NCBI RefSeq assembly: GCF_000315625.1
Contig: NW_005434624.1
Location: 514,477 to 578,476, forward strand
DNA length: 64,000 bases
Source: Guillardia theta CCMP2712
Taxonomy: Eukaryota; Protista; Cryptophyta
Direction: 5' to 3'
Position 1 is the stretch's first letter, and every line of letters starts with the position of its first letter. The notes under the pieces are model-generated. The model saw only the letters and a list, made by a program, of their open reading frames with translations, did no database searches and had not been told where the DNA came from. Below, piece by piece: positions 55,594 to 64,000 of this stretch. The position numbers were made by a program, and so were the translations under genes.

Positions 55594-56409
55594 TCAACCT
55601 CCTTCCTCCGCCGCCTCCTCGCAGATCGCCTCCTCCTGCCTCTGCTCCGCTCCCTCTGTCTCCTCCAACCACTCCTTCCAGTCTCTCTCCACCGACTCGC
55701 GCAAGGCGGCGCTGCCTATTCCGCGATGCTCCACCTTCACCTGCCACAAGAGGGCCTGAAGGACGAGCGCCGTTGCCACTGCGACATTCAGCGACTGAAC
55801 GAAGCCGAAGGTCGGGATGAAGACTCGCTTTGAGGAGGCGTCAAGGATTGCCTGCGAGACTCCAGCCGTCTCCTCTCCCATCACGAGGGCGATGCCTTCC
55901 TGCGGCAGCTCCACTTGCTCCCCCGACCTCAACGACACGGCGCCTGCCCCCAAGTCTGTGGACCAGATCTGTCTCCCTTCCTCCCTAGGGCAAGGTCGAA
56001 GTGAGAAGCACGATGAGAAGAGGAGGTTTGTCAACTCTCATCTCAACCTGATGGCTTTCAAGAGCTCGTGCTCGTCCTGGAAGAAGCGCTGGCTGAGGTA
56101 GCGATCAGCTCCTCTGCTGATGGAGCGCATCTTGCTCCGAATCTTCTTGGTGGAGGACGAGAAGGCTCCCGTGTAGTGGGGGGGGAGGATACTCCAGATC
56201 ACCTGCACGCCAAGAGCATCGCAGGTGCGGAAGATGGAGGAGATGTTCCCGACGTCTCTGATCCGATCAAGCACTAGTATGATCTTGTCGGTTCTCCATG
56301 ATAAAACATCCCTCGGGTCCCTCCTCTTGTAGTCGCTGCAATTAGCTGACGAGGTCGGTCGGTTGGTGCTCTGGGCCATCAACGGATCAAACTGTGCAGG
56401 GAACATCAT
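55594..56409 (-). CDS. SpoU/TrmH-family RNA 2'-O-methyltransferase (one short intron near 56000-56045)
   Basis: LVLDRIRDVGNISSIFRTCDALG, LVMGEETAGVS and IPTFGFVQSLNVAVA are the SPOUT motifs 1-3. Confidence 0.9.
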
Positions 56410-56614
56410 TGAACGAACTTGATGGAGTGCGCTTTACAAAGGATAGAAATAAAGTTCACCTGCCTTCTTCCTTCTCCTCAAAATCTCCCATTTACCCTAC
56501 CTACCCTACCCTCCTGTACTCTACTCTTTCCCAGGCTCCCATCGCCTTCCCTCCCCTCCCCTCCTCTCCCTCCCAGCACTCGCTCCCATCTTCGATGCAT
56601 CTGCATCCCACGTA

Positions 56615-56850
56615 CCTGCGGCCGCCCAGCCGAGCTCAGTGCCACTGCGGCAGTGGTGACCCGGCGCCGTTCCCGGGGCCTCTGACGTCGCCGGGCCCGC
56701 CGGGTGCCGTCACGGTACCAACTGGCATAAATTCGGACTGGGTTTTTATCAGGCGGCCCGGGCTGTAAGTGACCAACGACCTCCGTAAATCTTCTTTTGC
56801 TCAAAGTTAAGTTAAAATCAGTACGAGGACAAATCACTGAGGTCGTGACA
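56615..56850. other. GC-rich intergenic island with dispersed-element copy at 56796-56836 (minus)
   Basis: TTTGCTCAAAGTTAAGTTAAAATCAGTACGAGGACAAATCA. Confidence 0.7.
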
Positions 56851-56999
56851 GCTTGTCGTATCTGCACCAGGAACAATTCAAACTTTTACAATGCTCATGG
56901 TAGTGCCGTGCGATGTGAAGGGATGCATCCTCCCTTGACTCCTTGGTCATCAGGATCTGAAATCTCGTGATTGTACGATGTTCCCAGCTACCGACTTCT

Positions 57000-59900
57000 T
57001 GAAGTTGCAGTGGGATATGAAACATTGCGTTTTGTGATCCGAAACGCTCTTTCTTTTTTGGCTCTCGCACATAACTGATCGAAAGACACGACGTTGGAAA
57101 GCTCCTCCTTCGCCTGCTCCTACTCCTATCCCCAGCCACAACAACGTGCAAGCTACCTGCTTCTTGACCTTCTGCTGCGACACTCCTTGTGTCGATCACT
57201 GATCGGGAAGTACGCGGCCATACAGTCATATCGGCGAAAATGCTGCCCTCCATCAAGTCCAAGCAGCTCAAGGCGCTCAACGACTCTATCAAGCTCATCT
57301 TATCGCACGCCATCATCGTCGACTCTAGCGGAGAGGAGAGAATTCTTTGAGAAGTCACTCTGACTTTGGTCGCCTTCATTACACGTCTACTCCACTTCAA
57401 ACTTCCGTCACCGTCAGGCTTCGCTCGCCGCTTCCACCAGGTCGTCGAACATCCTCCTGTACCGAAGCTGCTCTACCGCGTGCTTGCATCGGACACATTC
57501 TCCTGTACAGAAGGCGGTCACACAGCTATTCAGGCGGCGCTGCTTTCGGTACCCATCGAGACTCGATGCGCGGAGACAGCTTCAGGCAACACGTCCTTGA
57601 GAGGCTGATCCGTGTCGATTCCCAGCGCCTGAAATTCATACACTTGCTCACGATGACTCCATCGGCTGTCTTGCTGGACAATGAGAACTATCGCACGATA
57701 CCTTGTACATCAGGCTGAGCGAGTAGAGGACGGAGAGTTCTCTTGCTGCATTCAAGTCTTACTGGCGCATCGGGCGGTAAGGGATATCCTCACACTCAGC
57801 GACGGGATGAAGACGAGCATCCCAAAACGTCTTCGGCTTCCCTGCTGCTGTTACCCACCGTCAACGTTCAATACATGGTGGGCAATGCATATCAGTATCT
57901 GACCTTGAGCCGTATGGATGGTGTCTTCAGCTATCCCAAGGACAGAGCAGACCTTGCTCATGCTCATTCCCAGCCATAAAAGCTTCAAGGACGTCAGCTA
58001 CTCGCAGCAGCAGAACGTCGACTCAAGCTCACCTTCTCTATCGTCCCTGACTGCTTTACATCGTCGGAGGTTCGCATCACTTGGGTGACATATCTTGTCC
58101 TGTACAATATCCATTAAAACAATAGCCAATCTCTTTCTCGCTGTGTGCCCCACACCTCCCATCCAACGTGATCACGACCGTCTGAAGGAAAATGCCATCA
58201 GGAATGACAACTCCGTCCGTTAGAGCGACGCTGCATGAAACATCGGCTCAACCCCCTTGTCTGGAATGCTTCAGCTACTCAACCAGCTAAGGAGGCAGTC
58301 CCTTCCTATCTTCACGTCCTTGCCTACCTAGGCAGGATAAGTCTTTTCAATGTCGCACAGCATTTCCTTGCTTACTGTACAGAACTCCACCACACTCCGA
58401 GGCCCCAGCTCGGCTGACTCGTGCACCCGAGAGCAGATTTTGCAGCTCGTCAACGACTTCGAGTAGTAGCCCAGACCGTGTGCTCCTTGTGGTCCGTCAG
58501 CTCCTGCTACTTAAAACCCTCTCCCTCCTGTACCTATCTCCACCGCGAACCCTTCTTGCCTTACGCTCCCCCCAGAGGCCTCCACAAGGAACGACGTGGA
58601 GCCGCAGAAGTGGTCGAGCATCTAGCAGCCCGTCTGAGCCTCCTCCCTCCTCCCTTCTTCTCCCTCCTCCCTTCCTCTCCCCTCACCTCTGGGATCGTTC
58701 CTATGTGCCAGAAGCGAGACTTCTCCACCTGCCGTCCAGCTCAGCATCAAGGCCTTTTACGTGCAAAGGGGTAGGAAGACGAAAGATCAAGATCAGAGGA
58801 GCGTGGACCTTGCAAACGTTCAGCTCCATCCCATTCAGTGCTTGAAAGAGGCTCCTCCGGGTCTCAGACAGCAAGTCGCTTCCCTTGCCTGAGCAACTTC
58901 ATCCCTCCTTCCTCCTGCTCAACCTCACCATGCTGACCTATGTACTCCTCGTCGGCTTCAGGGCCCAGCGCTTGCAGCCTGATTGATCATCCACCCGTCA
59001 ATCGGCGGCATAGCCTCCTTCCTCGAGATCCTACAGGTCCCCGTACGCATCCACCTCACAGCCCACGTGCCGTTCGTGCTCGTCCCACCAAGTCAAGAGC
59101 CTCTTCGCCTTGCAACGCAGCTCAGCCTCTGCCCCATCCGCCCCTACCACCTCACTGTTGGCATGTCGAAGAAGAACGTGCTGTCGGTGTAGGCCTCGAG
59201 CTCCTTGTTCATCAGCGCCCCGTACTTGCGCATCTGCCCTCAAGGCAGGTGAGGGGAGGGAAGCAGGAGGCTGCTCCATCACTCGCTCGTGGGAAGGTTT
59301 GTGCGTGTATCGACGACAACGGACGGTCCCTTGGAACAGAAAACTTCACTGTTGAAGCTTGTTTGAACTCTCTGCCCACCTGCTCCCTCCCCTTGGCTTC
59401 CTTCCGAGGCCTCGAGGCAGAACACGCCGTGGGTGTAGGCGATGTCGACTGTGCTCCGGTGTGCGAGGGCCGTGAAGCCTGCGGGCACCGAGTGACTCCT
59501 CGCCTTCCTTCTCTCACAAGCCAAGAGGACCAGGCTGGTTGAAGTCACAGACATCGGAGTCGAAGATGATGATATCGTCCCCACACTTGAGCTGTGCGAG
59601 GGGTGAGCGAGGCAAGAAGCTCTGGCGGCTAGATCGCTCACCATCACACCAGGAGGAGCGCTGCCAGGAATGTCGCATAGCATAGCGAAGCACATTTCTT
59701 CCCACCAAAACATCAGCGGGAGCGCACCGACTCGCTCCCCTCACCCAGCATTGAGCAGCCCTGAAATGGTCCAGCTGGGAGGGCTGCGAAGATCTTCCCG
59801 CAAACACTTCACACTGACGTCAGCACGCGCAGATTCGAGCAGCTGGCACCTGTGCTGGGGTGTTCGCTGGCTGTACCCTCCAGCATGAATGAGGAGAACT

Positions 59901-60624
59901 CGAAGGCTCTCGAACTCCGACGAGAACTTGTCCCGAAGGAAGTCAAGAGCGACGAAAGTTGCTCCTGCCACCACCGTCCTCGTCAGTCGCTCGTCAGAGG
60001 GCGAGGGAGTTCGGTTGCCTCCGTTGCCTATCTTGACCCCTGGCGGGTCATGCAGGACGTGGTAGTGGGGGCGGGAGGGGATAGACTGTTCAATTGGTCA
60101 GAAGCTGAGGGATTCAGAGCATGTAGCCACGAGACCTTGAGCTGCTTCCTCCACTGCAACTGCTCCTCATAGATCTTCGCCTGTTGAGATCCAGCGGTCA
60201 GCTTGAAACGCCATCAACGATCACATGCTGGAGGGCGCGAGGGTCGCCAGGATCGGTCCTGTTCGAAAGCACCTGCTCCTCGTCGGAGGCAGTGATGACG
60301 ACGGCATCGAAGAACTTCATGTCCTTGATCCCCTTCGCCTGTCTTGTATCAGATTCCCTCATGTGTTCGAGGTACTTCACCTCCTCCACGAGGAGCCTCT
60401 TGTATCGCATGAATTTCTTTTCCTGCACGGATGATGATTGATCGCCAACTCATCTTGCCTACATCTCTTCTCCCCGCCTTCTCCCTTGCATCCCAATCCT
60501 TCCTTCTCCTTCGCTCTCTTCCTCCTCCTCCTCTCCTCCTCTCCTCTTCCTCACTGTCGTCGTTGTCGTCGCTCACCTGCATCTTTGCCAGCTCCTCTGG
60601 CTCGGCCATCGTGATGGCTTCCAT
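57000..60624 (-). CDS. Fucose-1-phosphate guanylyltransferase-like (fucokinase/FPGT family) protein, multi-exon; 3' end uncertain
   Basis: FDAVVITASDEEQ, VLLIHAGGYSQRTP, GFTALAHRSTVDIAYTHGVF and TFWDARLHPV motifs resemble FPGT. Confidence 0.7.
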
Positions 60625-61303
60625 GGCCCAGGATCCTCCAAACGTTTGGAAGCAAGCAATGGGGGTAAGGGTACATTTGTCCAGGGTAGGGGTGTGTGAC
60701 AAAGCTGTGAACATGGGGAAAATATAGGGGTACTGGAACTAGTTTACAGGGGTGTGTCAACAACTTGATGGGTAGATGGTCATCTCTTTGTTTTAAGGGT
60801 CAGGGTACTGTATCACAGTGAGAAGGTGGGGTATAGAGAGGCACAAATGGGGGTGGGGTGTATCTGTCCTTCCGAGGAGGGAGGCAATGCCGAGGAACGC
60901 GAAGAGCAAAGGGAGGAGCGGGAGAGGAGAGAGGAGAGAGGAGAGAGGAGAGAGGAGAGGAGGGGGAAGGGAGAGATAGCAGCAGAGGAGATGGTTGATA
61001 CAAGTGGGGATGAGGTAGAACCCACATTGAGATGTGCGAAAAGGAAAGTGAACCCAGAGGCCAACACACGAATAGCAACGAGGTACAAGGTTTGCCGGGT
61101 AAACCGCACCAACAAGAGCGAAACTTTTGTCGATGTAGATGCTATGTATACGATATCCGGAGTTGAGTGGGTACGAAAAGTCTCAGCTTAGACCGTCAGA
61201 AGAGATTTTCCATCGGACTTTGATCTGATTGAATTGTGAATGTCATGTGCTGTGGTGGTTCGCTCTGACGCCCCTGCTCTCCTCTAGAACAAGAAACGCC
61301 ACC

Positions 61304-62512
61304 ATGCCGATGCCAGCCGAATCTCAGATTAACGGGAACGGCATGACTGCCGGCAATTTCTTCAGCAACGCCTTCTCAGCTACTGAGGGTCTGCCTGAAA
61401 GCTTCGACCAGTACAGGCCGCCAGCGTCCTTCGCGCAAGAGGATGGATTCCAGCTGCCCCCATCCTTCGCTGACGCCGCGAACTTCCCCAAAGTTCAGAC
61501 GAAGCCTGCGGAGATTCCGCGGCAGACGAAGCTGACGGGGATGCCCATGAAGGAGCCCAAGGTGGAGCGGACGGCGTATGAGCCGGCTCCTCTGCCCAAG
61601 TCCGTGATCAACCAGGCCAGGCCCAAGGACGAGGTCTTCCAGAAGCTCATGGCGAGCATGGGAGGCAACGATGAGATCGCTCCGTTCCAAACGCCTGTCA
61701 TCAAGGAGAGGCCGATCGGCGTCGAGCCGCACATGGCGGCCCCAATGCGGCAAGAGGACAGGGGGGAGGTTGACGAAGGAGAGTACGAGGGGGAGAAGGA
61801 GGGCGGCATGCGGCACGGGAAGGGAAAGTGCCGGTACGCCAACGGGAACCAGTACATCGGCGAGTGGGTCAACAACAAGCGTAACAACCGAGGAACAATG
61901 TACTTTGCCTCCAGCGCCGTGTACGACGGGGAGTGGCTGGAAGGAGAGAGAAGCGGGCACGGAGTGATGAAGTACTCGGACGGGTCGACGTACGAGGGCC
62001 AGTGGTTGCGAGACTTGAAGCACGGGTACGGTTGCTATCGGTTTGCGAGCAAGGCCAGCTACACCGGGCAGTGGTTTGAGGGGAGGATGCACGGGCAGGG
62101 AACGTACGAGTTCGCGGACGGCCAGAAGTTCCATGGAGAGTTCAACAGGAACCTCAAGAGCGGGTACGGGACGCACGTGTACCGCAATGGGGATCAGTGG
62201 GGAGGGATATGGATCGACGACGAGCCAAGCGGGTCCGGGTTGTACATCTTCGCGTCCAACGAGTTCAAGGTAGAGTCGCCGTTCGTCAAGGCAGGAGAGC
62301 CTCCTCCCCATGTGGGCAGGCAGAACCAGGTGGCCAAGGTGCTGAGGAGGGAGGACAAGCTTCGGATGCTGCAGGAGAGTGAGAGCGCGGACGAGCAGGC
62401 TCGAGAGTTCGCGTCCAAGGCAGCCCAGGTGGCAGCCGAGGCCCGCGTGAAGATGTACAAGGTGCTCGACGATACCGCACAGCTGCTCGGGCTGATGGCC
62501 CCTAATACCTAA
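61304..62512 (+). CDS. MORN repeat protein
   Basis: About seven Y-x-G-x-W-x-x-G-x-x-H-G-x-G units; ATG at 61304 in a GCCACCATG context. Confidence 0.9.
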   Translation: MPMPAESQINGNGMTAGNFFSNAFSATEGLPESFDQYRPPASFAQEDGFQLPPSFADAANFPKVQTKPAEIPRQTKLTGMPMKEPKVERTAYEPAPLPKSVINQARPKDEVFQKLMASMGGNDEIAPFQTPVIKERPIGVEPHMAAPMRQEDRGEVDEGEYEGEKEGGMRHGKGKCRYANGNQYIGEWVNNKRNNRGTMYFASSAVYDGEWLEGERSGHGVMKYSDGSTYEGQWLRDLKHGYGCYRFASKASYTGQWFEGRMHGQGTYEFADGQKFHGEFNRNLKSGYGTHVYRNGDQWGGIWIDDEPSGSGLYIFASNEFKVESPFVKAGEPPPHVGRQNQVAKVLRREDKLRMLQESESADEQAREFASKAAQVAAEARVKMYKVLDDTAQLLGLMAPNT

Positions 62513-63170
62513 GTGGAGAGAGGAAGAAAAGAGAGGGGGAAAGAGAGGAGGAGAGGAGAAAGAGAAGCGAATGAAACGAGAAGAGGAAGAAAGAGGGAGA
62601 AAGAGGAGGACAAGGGAAGGGAAATTAGGAGAAGAGAGAAGAGGAAGGAAGGGTAGAGTTTTTTAACAAGGAAGGAACGTCTGCGCTTGCTCGACGTGTG
62701 CTCCTTCACTGTGTTGCGATAAATGTTTTGAAAATCAACCTTGATATCATCGTCTAGTGTTGGTAGAACGAGGACCCGGAAGGAGGAAGCGAGGGAGGAG
62801 GGAAGGCCGAAGGAGGAGAACGTGAAAGGGGATGGCAGGAATAGGGATAGTTGGAAGAGGAGAGGGAGGGAAACAGCATCGTCCAGGACGAGAGAGACGA
62901 GAAGACTTTTTAAGCTTTAATTCAAAATTCGTCGGAATCAGGATCGAGGTACATCAGGTATGACAGCTGCCAACGTTTGAGAGCAGGAACAACCACCTTT
63001 CCTCCCCTTCCCCTTCCTTCCTCCGTTTCCTCTTCCTATCTCCCGTCCTTCCTCCCCTTCCTTTCACCCCTTCCCCCTCTTCTTTCCCGTCTTCGCAACC
63101 CTCCTGCTTTGTGATCTGCTCTCCTCTCTCCCGTGTACCGCCAGTCGTCGCTCCTTCACTGACTCAACTA

Positions 63171-63999
<829 letters not shown>

Positions 64000-64000
64000 A

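Noticed and set aside
61376-62311. 311-aa antisense ORF (also 50728-51390, 51252-51854, 37346-37978)
   Set aside because: Shadow ORFs of GC3-rich sense genes (MORN, copine, WD40).

Overview
Gene-dense eukaryotic nuclear DNA with many short (~40-60 nt) spliceosomal introns, CT-rich intronic microsatellites and bipartite (signal peptide + A-[FY]) plastid-targeting leaders. This suggests an alga with a secondary red plastid, most plausibly a cryptophyte (inference). Recognisable genes: mitochondrial carrier (TPC1-like), PhzF-like isomerase, plastid Fe-SOD, TSTD2/TrhO-like rhodanese, Sel1-repeat protein, GST, copine with a WW domain, SpoU methyltransferase, fucose-1-phosphate guanylyltransferase-like protein and a MORN protein. 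Most notable: (1) six small RWP-RK transcription factor genes sharing a C-terminal W-[LI]-x-W-[YF]-x4-D-x-D motif, three with identical coding blocks but unrelated flanks; (2) an ankyrin/WD40/ankyrin/coiled-coil/tyrosine-kinase-like pseudokinase/RING gene whose near-identical 126-bp WD40 units vary at a few positions, plus a detached variant WD unit downstream; (3) a restriction-like-endonuclease non-LTR retrotransposon remnant whose 3'-terminal ~55 nt recurs about 10 times as a 5'-truncated ladder, almost always inside GC-rich palindrome-dense intergenic islands; (4) a histone H2A-like fold fused to a large unknown domain; (5) a chromovirus 3' remnant with a probable LTR. There is a 100-N gap at 23488-23587. 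Multi-exon boundaries were read by eye and are approximate.
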